From Chrysochromulina tobinii (Eukaryota): DNA of 34,287 nt. Below the pieces are notes generated by a model. That model had not been told where the DNA came from and did no database searches. It saw nothing but the letters and a program-made list of their open reading frames with translations. The DNA lies in assembly GCA_001275005.1 (NCBI GenBank), contig JWZX01002445.1:1-34287 (forward strand). The letters run 5' to 3'. Shown piece by piece: positions 1 to 9,672 of this stretch. Each line of letters begins with the position of its first letter. Within the stretch, counting starts at the first letter, position 1. The translations under genes were made by a program, and so were the position numbers.

Positions 1-86
1 CATCCCCTCTTAGTGAGGAAGAGCTCAGTGAGCTACCCGAGTGTGTGTTGTGTGAACGCCTGGTACGGCGCGCGGAGCGCGGCGTG

Positions 87-3000
87 ATGGCGATGCATCC
101 CTCGGCCAAGCGCCCCCGGCTCGCCGCCGACGCGAGTGCGCGCACGATGCTCGTCGGCGACGACAGCGCGCTGCCGGACGAAGATCGCGCAAAGTACGAG
201 GAGGAGGTGTGCCGGCTCACCGCTGCGGGACAGCAGTTTGTCGACGAGGACTTCCCAGCCACGCAGCTGTCCATCAAGGGCAAGGACGAGGTGCCGCTTT
301 CCGACGCTCCTCCTCCTCCGCCGCCGCGTGAGCCCGGCGCGCCTCCGACGTGCCGGTGCGGTGCTGCGGCCGCTGCCGCCATCGTGTCCAAGGACACGCC
401 CAACAAGGGCCGCAGGTACTGGCACTGCCCTTTTCGCCGGTGCAGCTTCTTTGCTTGGGCGGACGGCGGCGAGGTCGCCTTTCGCGGTGGCGGATCGGCC
501 GCGAAGCTCACGTGGGCTCGACTGCCGCCTGAGCTGGGGATCGTCTCTGACTACGGCTTCCGTGCCGAGGATCTGCGCCAGGGCGGTGTGGGCGACTGCT
601 GGTTCATGAGTGCGCTCGCCGTCGTCGCGGAGCGGCACGACCTGATCGCGCGGCTCTTTGCGGCCGACACGGCGCGCAACGCGGCCGGCCTGTGCTGCGT
701 GCGCCTTTTCCTGGACGGCGCGTGGAGCTCCGTCTGGATCGACGACCAGCTGCCGGTGACCTCGCAGCCCCGGCGCGAGGCGCTCGCCTTTGACACGAAG
801 CTCGCCTTCTGCCGCTGCTCCTCGGTCACGGGCGCGCAGCAGCTCTGGGCTAGCTTCGTCGAGAAGGCGTACGCCAAGGCGCACGGCTCCTTCCAGGCCA
901 TCTCGGGCGGCCAGGTGGCGGAGGCGCTGCTCGACCTGACGGGTGCACCTACGGAGATGATCTACCTCGGAGACGACCGTTTCGACTCGGAGCTCATGTG
1001 GGCACGGCTGCGCGCATACCGAGCGCTTGAGCTGCCTATGGGGTGTGGCACCAACAACGCCGAGGGGCAGCAGAACTTGCGCGAGGTGGGGCTGGTGGGC
1101 GGTCACGCGTACTCGATCCTCGATGTGCGCGAGGCGACGACGCGCACGGGAGAGCGCGTGCGGCTGCTGCGCGTGCGCAATCCCCACGGCTGCACCGAGT
1201 GGAATGGCGAGTGGTCGGACTCGTCAGACTTGTGGTCACAGCTCGTCGGCAGCGACGGGGGCGGCGCGGGCGGCGCTGCTGGCCCAGGCTTTGAGCGCAC
1301 CGGTGTCGACGATGGCACTTTTTGGATCGATTACACCAAGTTCATGATGGGCTTCTCTCACGTGGACGTGTGCTACGCCTTCCGAGGCTGGCATGCGCGC
1401 AGCTACCCCAACCACTTTCCGCCCGACCGCAAGACTTCGAAGCGGCTCTGCGCGTCCGTGCTCACGATCCGCGTGCACGAGCGGCCGACGACACTCATGG
1501 TGATGGCGCTGCAGCCGACCAAGCGGGGCTCGTGGTGCCGTGCGGACCGTAAGAAGTCATACCGCCTGGGCGACCTCTCCGTGCTCGTCGGCCGGCTGAC
1601 AGCGGACGGCACGCGTCTGGCGCAGCTTGTGGGCGGAGGCCTGCGTGGGGCGGACCGTGGCGAGCGCACCTGGGTCGCCACGCTCGACGCGCACGCGACG
1701 TACGTTGTGCTGCCGCTCTGCCTGTCCAATAACCCAACGGCCGCGGAGACGACGGCGCGTCAACCCTTCACAGTCCGGCTGTGGGCTTCCGAGCGGGTGC
1801 ACATCGATTCGATCTCAAGTTATCCGCCGCACGAGGCCGCGCCGCGCCTCCAGCTCGACTGGTGTGCGCAGCTCGCGTTGCAGGCGCTTCACATGGCCAT
1901 GGCCGGTGCGCTCGTCGCAGTGGTGGCGCGCCCGATCGTGCGCAGCTTTGGGTGCACCGCGGAGCTCGAGCAGCTACTGATGCTGCCGCAGAATGCCTCG
2001 CTGCTGATGGACGGCGGCTCTGGCGCGCGCGTCTCAACGCGGCTGCATCGGATCTCGCAGACGGCCGCCGCGCTCGTGGTCACAGGGGACGAGCTCACTC
2101 TCATCGCCGGCTACAATTGGGCACCCCCCTCCGCGCCGGCGCTCATGCTCCGCGCGACTGCGTTCGTCAAGTCATGCGCGGCGCGCGGGGTCGAGGGGCC
2201 GTTGACGAACCTCAAGGACGAGGCCGACGCGTACTACCGAAGGCGGCAAGTGGAGAAGGAGCGTCTCCGTGCCGCCGAGGCCGCACGTGGCGTGCCGCCG
2301 CCGCCGCCGCGTGGGGAGCGCGGCGTGCGCTGGCCAGCCAAGTGGAGCGCCTACTGCACGAGTGCTCGCGTGCCGCCGCAGTCGCGCCGCCTTCTCATGG
2401 TCGCCGCGGCCTCGGGCATGCAATACGAGCTTGGCGAGATTGAGATCGTCTCGGTGCGCGATGGCGAGCAGGGCGCCTCGGCCACTGTGGCAGCCGGGGC
2501 GGCGCTGACGACGGCTGCCGCGGCGGGTAAGCAGGCTGCGGGCAAGCGGGCGGCACAGGCGACGGCTGCGACGGAGGCAAGTGCCTCTGCGATGGCTCGG
2601 TGGCTCGGGGGCTCCAATGGCGCCGCCGGCCTCGCCGCTGGCCTTGCTGGCAGTGGCAGTGCCACTGGCGTCGCTGGCCACGCAGCCATCGCACCGGTTG
2701 CTCTAGCGGCCGCGGCATCGGATGATTCTCCGTGGGTCAATGGGGCCGATGGCCTCTTCACTGCGGCGTCCCTCAGCGTCGAGCAGTGGCTTGCGGTGGA
2801 GATGGCTCTGCGCCCAGTGCTGGCCAACGGGCCCGATGGCCCCTCGAACAGCGCGGCCGGCGGAGGTGGCGGTGGCGGAGGAGGAGGCGGTGGCGGCGGC
2901 GCCGGCGGATTCAACCCGGCGCTCCTTCCGGCGCTCGATGAGGAGGCGATGCTGCGTGAGGTACTCGAGGCATCCGCACGCGAGCATGCGGCGCAGCAGC

Positions 3001-3614
3001 AGGCGCTCCTTGAGGCAGTCCTATCCGCCTCAGGCGATGCGGCCATCGGAGGCAGCGGCAGAGGCGGCAGAGGCGGCGGAGGCAGTGGCGGAGGCAGTAG
3101 CGGCGGCGGCAGCGGCGCTAGCAGTAGCGGCGTCAGTAGAGGTGGCCCTGGAGCTGGGCTCGGAATGAGCGAGGACGAGCACCTAGAAGCTGCCCTCGCC
3201 GCAAGCCGCGACGAGGCAGCGCGTGACGCACAGCGGCGAGCGGCGGCGTCGGCGGCGATGCCCACGGGAGCAGCGCATGCCGCGGCGGCGGATGAGGAGG
3301 AGGAGCTCGCGATGGCGCTTGAGCTCTCGCGCCAGATCGCGGCATGCACTCGAGAGCCTCGGATCGCAAGCCGCTCGGTGGAGGTGGATCTGACGGACAA
3401 AGGCGGCTGCGAGGCTTGTGCAAACGGCATGAGCGTCGACGCGCCTATCGAACTGTCTTCAGATGAAGACGAGGCGGTGGCGCCCGGCCCGCTGCCCGCG
3501 GCCGTTGCGGTGGACGATGCGTCGACCGAAGAGGACGAGCCCACGCCAACGCCCACGGCCAACGTGCCGCTGAAGGAGGTTCGCGAGGCGCGCCTGCGGC
3601 ACTTCGTCGCATGA
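87..3614 (+). CDS. Calpain-family (C2, CysPc) cysteine protease with inserted GRF zinc finger and C-terminal UIM/SIM motifs
   Basis: Catalytic triad motifs QGGVGDCWF (Cys 597-599), GHAYSIL (His 1104-1106), RNPHG (Asn 1179-1181); also FVDEDFP, EKAYAKAHGS, DLTGAP, DDGTFW. GRF finger CRC..NKGRRYWHC..CSFFAWAD at 351-464. First ATG at 87 (the ORF track starts at an upstream GTG). Confidence 0.92.
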   Translation: MAMHPSAKRPRLAADASARTMLVGDDSALPDEDRAKYEEEVCRLTAAGQQFVDEDFPATQLSIKGKDEVPLSDAPPPPPPREPGAPPTCRCGAAAAAAIVSKDTPNKGRRYWHCPFRRCSFFAWADGGEVAFRGGGSAAKLTWARLPPELGIVSDYGFRAEDLRQGGVGDCWFMSALAVVAERHDLIARLFAADTARNAAGLCCVRLFLDGAWSSVWIDDQLPVTSQPRREALAFDTKLAFCRCSSVTGAQQLWASFVEKAYAKAHGSFQAISGGQVAEALLDLTGAPTEMIYLGDDRFDSELMWARLRAYRALELPMGCGTNNAEGQQNLREVGLVGGHAYSILDVREATTRTGERVRLLRVRNPHGCTEWNGEWSDSSDLWSQLVGSDGGGAGGAAGPGFERTGVDDGTFWIDYTKFMMGFSHVDVCYAFRGWHARSYPNHFPPDRKTSKRLCASVLTIRVHERPTTLMVMALQPTKRGSWCRADRKKSYRLGDLSVLVGRLTADGTRLAQLVGGGLRGADRGERTWVATLDAHATYVVLPLCLSNNPTAAETTARQPFTVRLWASERVHIDSISSYPPHEAAPRLQLDWCAQLALQALHMAMAGALVAVVARPIVRSFGCTAELEQLLMLPQNASLLMDGGSGARVSTRLHRISQTAAALVVTGDELTLIAGYNWAPPSAPALMLRATAFVKSCAARGVEGPLTNLKDEADAYYRRRQVEKERLRAAEAARGVPPPPPRGERGVRWPAKWSAYCTSARVPPQSRRLLMVAAASGMQYELGEIEIVSVRDGEQGASATVAAGAALTTAAAAGKQAAGKRAAQATAATEASASAMARWLGGSNGAAGLAAGLAGSGSATGVAGHAAIAPVALAAAASDDSPWVNGADGLFTAASLSVEQWLAVEMALRPVLANGPDGPSNSAAGGGGGGGGGGGGGGAGGFNPALLPALDEEAMLREVLEASAREHAAQQQALLEAVLSASGDAAIGGSGRGGRGGGGSGGGSSGGGSGASSSGVSRGGPGAGLGMSEDEHLEAALAASRDEAARDAQRRAAASAAMPTGAAHAAAADEEEELAMALELSRQIAACTREPRIASRSVEVDLTDKGGCEACANGMSVDAPIELSSDEDEAVAPGPLPAAVAVDDASTEEDEPTPTPTANVPLKEVREARLRHFVA

Positions 3615-3836
3615 GAGAGAGAGATGACCCAAAACTACATCAGCACGCTAATGAAACAGGTTGACCCAAAGGGAAGTCAGGGGAGTGGTTTACTATTTTT
3701 CAGTTGATTGGGTCCATCCCCACACCCAGTTCCACACACGTAGCATCGGTTGTCGCGTCTGTCGTGTTAACGTTCACACATTCACACCATGGCGGCAAGC
3801 GCATAATGGTGTGACGAAATTGATCGCGAGCGAAAC

Positions 3837-4733
3837 ATGGAACTCGCGGCCGACCTTGCTCGAGCCTCGGGCGCTTCGTCCGAGGACGATGACAGGGCGC
3901 GGATGCAGGCAGCCTTTAGCCAGACCGAGTTCAAGCCCGCCGGCGCGCCTGCGGCCTTGGCATTGGCCTTGCGCACGGACCTTGCTGCAGGACGGCTGAC
4001 GATGGCCGAGTACGCTCGGGAGGCACGTTCCGCCGGGTTGAGCACCTCCGAGGTGGCCGCCACCCTGAAGCAGCACGCAGCGGCCAAGGAAACATCGTTC
4101 ATGGAAGCCTCAGCTGAGGCTGCGACAGCGAAGCCGTCTCCAGAGGAGGTGATCACCTTTCCGGCGGGCACATACTACGGCCGTCTGCATGCGACAGCTG
4201 TCAAGGTTGTAGACGGAATTTTCGTGCCTGTCGTCCCCGCTGCGTCACACGCGATCTCCGAAGAGCTCTCGGCGTCCCTACAATGGCTGCGCGAGCAGCG
4301 CCCGTGGGGTGCACGTGCTGCAGAGCGATTGAGCCCAGAGAACAACTTCCTGCCAGACCTGGAGCTGCATGACGAGAGCCGCGGTGGGCGCGTGGCCGGC
4401 GGTAAGGTTGACCCCGAGGGCGCTATGCACCTCGCGTGCGCGCTCCGCCTGAACACGGTTCTAATGAGCCTCAATCTGGGCGACAACTGCTTGGGCGACG
4501 AGGGGGCTGCACACCTAGCTACGGCGCTCGCGTCCAACCGCACGCTGACGGGGCTCAACCTCGCCGGCAACGGGCTGAGTGATGCGGGCGCGGACCTCTT
4601 GGCCGCCATGCTGGAAACGAATCGGGTGCTCGCCACAATCGACATCGGTGGCAACGCCTTCTCAGACGCCGCAATGGCGCGCCTTCGAGAGGCGTGGGGA
4701 GCACGGGACGCTACGAACCTCCGCTTCGACTAG
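3837..4733 (+). CDS. RI-like leucine-rich repeat protein
   Basis: C-terminal ~28-aa repeats LMSLNLGDNCLGDEGAAHLATAL, LTGLNLAGNGLSDAGADLLAAML, LATIDIGGNAFSD; ATG start. Confidence 0.85.
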   Translation: MELAADLARASGASSEDDDRARMQAAFSQTEFKPAGAPAALALALRTDLAAGRLTMAEYAREARSAGLSTSEVAATLKQHAAAKETSFMEASAEAATAKPSPEEVITFPAGTYYGRLHATAVKVVDGIFVPVVPAASHAISEELSASLQWLREQRPWGARAAERLSPENNFLPDLELHDESRGGRVAGGKVDPEGAMHLACALRLNTVLMSLNLGDNCLGDEGAAHLATALASNRTLTGLNLAGNGLSDAGADLLAAMLETNRVLATIDIGGNAFSDAAMARLREAWGARDATNLRFD

Positions 4734-5158
4734 TAAGAATTCTGAATTGTCTTAAACGAGCGGCAACGCCCACTTTCGTTTTACGTTAGGCGAGGGTCCC
4801 AAAGCCAAAAGCCTAAGCTGCCCTCCATCTCAGCCGATAACTTTTTGTCCTTTCCTACGGATGGTAACAAAATCGCCAAAACCGGCGCGCGCGCCGCTCG
4901 CGCATACACACACACACCTCTCCACCACTCACCACTCAGCGTGAGCGACATGACGGACAGCCATGTGGATCGGACAGCGTCCGGGTGCAACCGCGTGCAA
5001 GCGTGCAAGACGGATGTTATGCACGTTTGTCGCGCCACGTCTGAAACTCTGAGTGCCAATGTCGGACCAGCGTCCCTATGCCCATGCCATATCGCTGCCT
5101 ACACGTGCCACGTGTACGGTCACCCCGCCCGTCGCCCGCCGCACACCGCCACGGCGCC

Positions 5159-7439
5159 TCAGAAGGCCTCGCGCGCCGCCGCCGCATGCGCGTCCCACCC
5201 AAACTCATCCTTCTTGAGCTCCTTCTTGAGCCGGCGCGCGCGCGGCCCATCGGGCTTGAGGCGCATCGCGGCGACGAAGGCCTCGGCCGCGCGCGAGCCG
5301 CCAGATCGCAGGTGAGCGACCGACTGCCACTTTTGCTCCTCGCACCAGTTGCCGGCCGCGGGCAGCCTCTCGAGCAGCCCTGACGCTGTCATGAGCGCCT
5401 CGAGGCCGTTGATGCGCGCCGCCGCCGCCAGACCCTTGGCCACGTCCTCAGTGGGAGCTTCCTCCGGACGCCCATCCGCCGTCGTGGGCGTGTACGCGGC
5501 CGGCCCGTCGTCGTCGTCATCCTTAGGCGGCGCGTAGGCCCCATACTTATTCCCAGAGGACGCGGCGCTCGGCGCGGCGCTCGTGCTCGCTGAAGCGCCG
5601 CCCGCCGCCGCCCTGGAGCTGCACGCGCCGCTGCTTGCTCCGTACTCGGCGCGGCTCTGGGCGAGGAGCTCTTCCTTGAGATCCTCCTCCGATTTGACGC
5701 AACTCCCATCCGCACCCGTGATCCACTTGGCAGGCTTCTTACCCGGATTGCCCGTGCTGCCCGGGACGGCGCGATCGCCGTCGCGGCGCGCCGGTGGGCG
5801 GCTGTCGCCCCCGCCATTGCGCTTGCTGCAGCTTCGGTACCACAGGCAGCCGAGCACCAGGACGCACAGCAGGCCCACCCCCGATCCTGCACACGACAGG
5901 ACCAGAACCCACGGATAGGGCGCCGGCAGCTCGCATGCATTGGGGTCGGCCATCGAGGCGACGTAGAGCTTGCCAATGTCGCGCACCGCCGGCGGCACCG
6001 AGTTGTCCGCACATTGGTACTCGACGACGAAGCCTCGTGAGACCGTCGACGGCTTGAAGTCGCATTTGATGCCGTTGCCTGGCTGGGAAGCTTCGAGTAG
6101 GTAGCAGACGGCCTGTGGGGAATCCGAAGGGCGGAGGTGCGGAGGGGTGAGGGCGGGCGAGCGGGAACGGGGAGGGCGAGGCGCGGCGGGGGGAACAGGG
6201 GTGGGCGTGTTGTGCTGAACGACGGGGGTGCGGTGAGCGGCAGCTAGGGTGGGGAAGAGGTGTGGGGGAGGGTCTCACGCACCGGATACCCGAGGGTGTC
6301 CTTCCACAGGCCGACGGTTTCGCATGCACCCGGCGGCCCATCCGGTCCGAGGTCATACGGCCCAGCCACGCGTGTCGCCGCCGCGACGTCGTTCACAGAG
6401 AGGGAGGCGTTGCACGGGCCGATGGGACCTTGAAGGTGTTGCACGGGCAAGATCTGGCCGCACAAGGCCCAATGGTACTGGGCGCCACGCTGATCCAGGG
6501 CGGTCATGGTGCCGCCGGACCACTCGAGCATCGAGCTCAGGTCGTACCGGTGCCCGCCGCAGTCGTACAGGCAGCCCGTCGCATGCGCCACTAGGGACGG
6601 CACGGTCTCGCACACGATGGGCGGCGGCGGCGGCGGCGGCGGATTGGTGATGCCCGGAGGGGAGGCGGGGGGGGAGGGGGGTGGCGGGGAGTGAGGCGGC
6701 GACGGCGGCGGGGGTGGCGGGGGTGACGGGGGTGGCGACGCCGGTTTTGGGCCAGGCCCAGGCCCAGGCCCAGGCCCAGGCCCAGGCCCGGGGGTATTGG
6801 GCGGGGAGTGAGGTGACGGCGGCGGCGACGCCGGTTTTGGGCCAGGCCCAGGCCCAGGCCCAGGCCCAGGCCCGGGGCCAGGGCCTCCCGTGCCACAGCC
6901 CGCGGGCCCCGCAATCTTGATCTCGTATGAGGAAGCACCGGTCGCATCGACCTGCGCAGGCTGCTCCGTCTGGGCGCAACTCCACTCGAAGGTGACGTCG
7001 CGCGGTGTGCTCCCCACCTTGTCACCACCGGGATAGTTGCATTGCATGCCCTGGGTCGGGTTGCTTGGATCCATCACCGAGCATGTCCCTTGGGTGGTGT
7101 CGCCGATGATGGCGCAGTCGGTCGGGCCGGTGCCCCACGTCTGCACGGCCGCCCACGATGCTTTCGGCAACGTCGTGGCCGAGCACACTTCCTTGTAGGC
7201 CTCTTCGTTGCACGTCCTCCAGAAGTAATTTTTACTTTCCGAGTCCGTGGCCGTGGTGTCTGGGTCAAGGAAAAGGGGTTTGAGCGAACTCAGATCGTAT
7301 GTGAGGCCGCCGTCGCAGGTCCATGTGCACTTAGTGCCCCTGCCAGAGGGGTAGAGGGATGTGTGGGCACAGTATGAGCTGGTATACGCAACGTCACGGC
7401 AAACAAAGCAGCAGCGCCTTACTCCGTACAGGTCGTCAT
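5159..7439 (-). CDS. Type I membrane protein with two mannose-6-phosphate-receptor-homology (MRH/ATG27-like) domains, Pro-rich linker, TM helix and cytosolic tail; 3 exons
   Basis: Manually spliced exons 7439-7423, 7339-6283 and 6112-5159 give a continuous frame. Two Cys-rich units each begin C..C.G..YDLSS and contain Y.W..C and F/YExxC..A/GC. TM segment WVLVLSCAGSGVGLLCVLVLGCLWY. Exon 1 and the start are the least certain part. Confidence 0.72.
6113..6282 (-). other. Spliceosomal intron (170 nt) of the MRH gene
   Basis: Donor CCG|GTGCGT, C/T-rich interior, acceptor CCCCACAG|GCC; phase 0, joins ORFs 6244..7188 and 5159..5998 in frame. Confidence 0.85.
6734..6882 (-). repeat. Coding repeat: two (CCAGGC)n blocks with 90-bp period encoding (GP)n-KPASPPPSP
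   Basis: ggcgacgccggttttgggccaggcccaggcccagg... starts at both 6734 and 6824. Confidence 0.9.
7340..7422 (-). other. Probable spliceosomal intron (83 nt) of the MRH gene
   Basis: Donor GA|GTAAGG, acceptor CCCCTCTGGCAG|G; phase 2 splice gives MTTCTE-GTKCTWTCDGGLTYDLSSL. Confidence 0.65.
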
Positions 7440-7693
7440 GTTGTCTTTATGTCTTTTTGCTACACGGAACCTCGGCGATGCCGGTGTGAACCGGGGCGTG
7501 GAAAGGGGAGTCGGCAAGTAGCGTGAACTCCCGGGCCCACCACCCTGCTACATGTACGATCGAGTGCCTGCCGATTTCGTGTCTGTTTTCGTGACGCGCT
7601 TGGGTTTTTTCGGCCATCAAATTTGGCGGACATCGAAGTCGGCTTCCCGATCGCCGACCGACCCCCACTTCTTGGAACCCCAACGACGAAAAC
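7440..7693. promoter_or_regulatory. Short divergent intergenic region (MRH gene / F-box gene)
   Basis: Head-to-head starts about 254 bp apart; more AT-rich than the flanking CDS. Confidence 0.5.
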
Positions 7694-9586
7694 ATGATCC
7701 TGGACGACCCCGACCTGCTCTCCCTCGTGCTCTCCCAGATGGGCATTGAGCTCGAAACCGTCGACGTCGCGCATCCGCAGCAGCTCCGCTCGCTCCTACG
7801 GCTCGTGTGTCGCTCCGTGTGTGGGCACCTGGACGCAATCGTGACAACCTACCGCGACTGCCGCCGCTCGCGCGATGCGACACTGCGTGTGCTTCCGCTC
7901 GATGTGTCTGAACTCGCAACGCTCGCGCTGCGACGCCTCGGCCCGCTGCGCTGCCTGCAGCTCGAGGGCCTCAACGACGACGCGCTCGAGATGGTCCTCG
8001 AGGTGGCGGCCGACCCGAAATACGGCGGCCGACTCGAGAACCTGTCGCTGCAACGCGGCGTCTTCTCGGGCACGTGCGCGTACACCTCCTCCTTGCGTCT
8101 GCCCGACTGGGAGGACGCGCCTACGATGCTGCTTCCGAGGCTCCGCGAGCTCGAACTCGGAGGCTGCGGCTTCCTCACCGATGCTGGGCTCGAGGCGCTC
8201 ACCGCCGCGGCGGCGCCGACGCTCACACGGCTGCGCGTCACGGTCAACGCGCTGCTGCGCCGGCCACGGCTTACGCTCCCGCACCTCCAACACTGCACGA
8301 TCGCCATCTGTGCAAACCTCACCGACGAGGCTGTGCACGACCTCTGTGCGGGCAGTCCGCAGCTCGCCGAGCTCAGCCTGTGGCGTTGTACGGCGCTGCG
8401 CACGCCGCCGGTGCGCGGCGCAAGCCTGACCAGCCTCAACCTGTGCGAGTGCACGAGCCTCCACGACCGCGCGCTCCGCCCTCTAGGTGAGGCGTGTCCG
8501 CAACTCGCGACTCTCCTCATTGCGGGCTGCGAGTCGCTGACGAGCCAGCTCGAGCCTCATACGCTGCCATTCGGCGGACGTTTGGCAGGTGGAGCTGGCG
8601 CCGGCAACGGCAACCATAGTGGCACAGATGCCGGCGTGGGCTCCCCACTTGGCTCCCCGCTTGTGCTCTCGCCTGCCATGCCGCCGCTTCCGTTGCCGCC
8701 GCCTTCGACGCCGCCAGCAGGCATCACAATGCCATTGATGACGACGCCGTCCTCGACCTACATTACGTTGCCGCCGTCGCTTCCGCCGTCGCTGCCAACC
8801 GCCCCTGCAGCCGCGTCGCGCCAGTCGAGCTTGACGACCCTCGACGTCTCCGACATCCTCACGATGAACGACGCACTCCTCAGCGCTGCCTGCGCGAGTG
8901 CCCCAAAGATTCGTCACCTCGACTTCTCGCGCTCCGGCCACGCGGTGATCGCGCCGTCAGTGGGAGGGCCGTGCCTCACCCACCTGATCGGCACGCGATG
9001 CGAGGCCCTCGCTGACGAGACAGTCAGCGCGGCATGCGACACGTCCCCGCGCCTCTCCACGCTCATGCTCGCCCTGTGCGGCTCGCTACGCTCGCCTCGC
9101 ATCCACGGCGCCCTCATCACGGACCTCAACATGAGCGGCTGCTCGATGCTGCAGGATAGCGCCGTGACGTACGCCTGCATGCATTGCCCACGGCTTTCAA
9201 GGCTCTCGCTCTCGCTCTGCGGGATGCTCGCGTCGCCCATCGTCCGTGGTCCAGCGCTCAAGCGCATCGAGCTCTCTCACTGCGAGCGGCTGTGCCGCCC
9301 CTCGCTAGGCGGGCCGCAGATCGAGCAGCTGATCTTCGCAGGTTGCACCGCTCTCGAGGACGATGCGCTCGAGTTTGCATGCAAGGACTGCCCAAGGCTG
9401 CTCAAGCTGACGATCGACGGATGCGCCGGCCTCGTCGCGCCCCGGCTCAAGAGCGCCACGCTGCACTCGCTCAGCTGCCAGCACTTGGCACATCTCGTTG
9501 TCGAGGCCGCCACCGAGCGCTCGAGGCTGCCGGCGCTCAAGCACATCGTGAGCGAGGACGCACACGCCATCGAGGAGATCGAGTGA
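7694..9586 (+). CDS. F-box/LRR-repeat protein (cysteine-containing LRRs, FBXL-like)
   Basis: N-terminal F-box-like ILDDPDLLSLVLSQM...LRLVCRS; many LxxLxLxxCxxLxD repeats with CPxL linkers; central Pro-rich insert. Confidence 0.85.
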   Translation: MILDDPDLLSLVLSQMGIELETVDVAHPQQLRSLLRLVCRSVCGHLDAIVTTYRDCRRSRDATLRVLPLDVSELATLALRRLGPLRCLQLEGLNDDALEMVLEVAADPKYGGRLENLSLQRGVFSGTCAYTSSLRLPDWEDAPTMLLPRLRELELGGCGFLTDAGLEALTAAAAPTLTRLRVTVNALLRRPRLTLPHLQHCTIAICANLTDEAVHDLCAGSPQLAELSLWRCTALRTPPVRGASLTSLNLCECTSLHDRALRPLGEACPQLATLLIAGCESLTSQLEPHTLPFGGRLAGGAGAGNGNHSGTDAGVGSPLGSPLVLSPAMPPLPLPPPSTPPAGITMPLMTTPSSTYITLPPSLPPSLPTAPAAASRQSSLTTLDVSDILTMNDALLSAACASAPKIRHLDFSRSGHAVIAPSVGGPCLTHLIGTRCEALADETVSAACDTSPRLSTLMLALCGSLRSPRIHGALITDLNMSGCSMLQDSAVTYACMHCPRLSRLSLSLCGMLASPIVRGPALKRIELSHCERLCRPSLGGPQIEQLIFAGCTALEDDALEFACKDCPRLLKLTIDGCAGLVAPRLKSATLHSLSCQHLAHLVVEAATERSRLPALKHIVSEDAHAIEEIE

Positions 9587-9664
9587 TTCCGAGTACGATT
9601 GAGTGGATGATTCTGAGTACGATTCTGAGTCACATTGATTGCCCCAGTCAGATTGATTGCCCCA
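9583..9664. repeat. Degenerate short repeats (GATTCTGAGTAC / ATTGATTGCCCCA) after the F-box stop codon
   Basis: gattccgagtacgatt..gattctgagtacgattctgagt and attgattgcccca twice. Confidence 0.7.
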
Positions 9665-9672
9665 TGCCCCAC

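Noticed and set aside
33..3562. Long antisense ORFs over the calpain (and likewise 13609..15330 over COG5, 22852..24510 and others)
   Set aside because: Expected shadow frames of high-GC3 coding sequence; no recognisable motifs.
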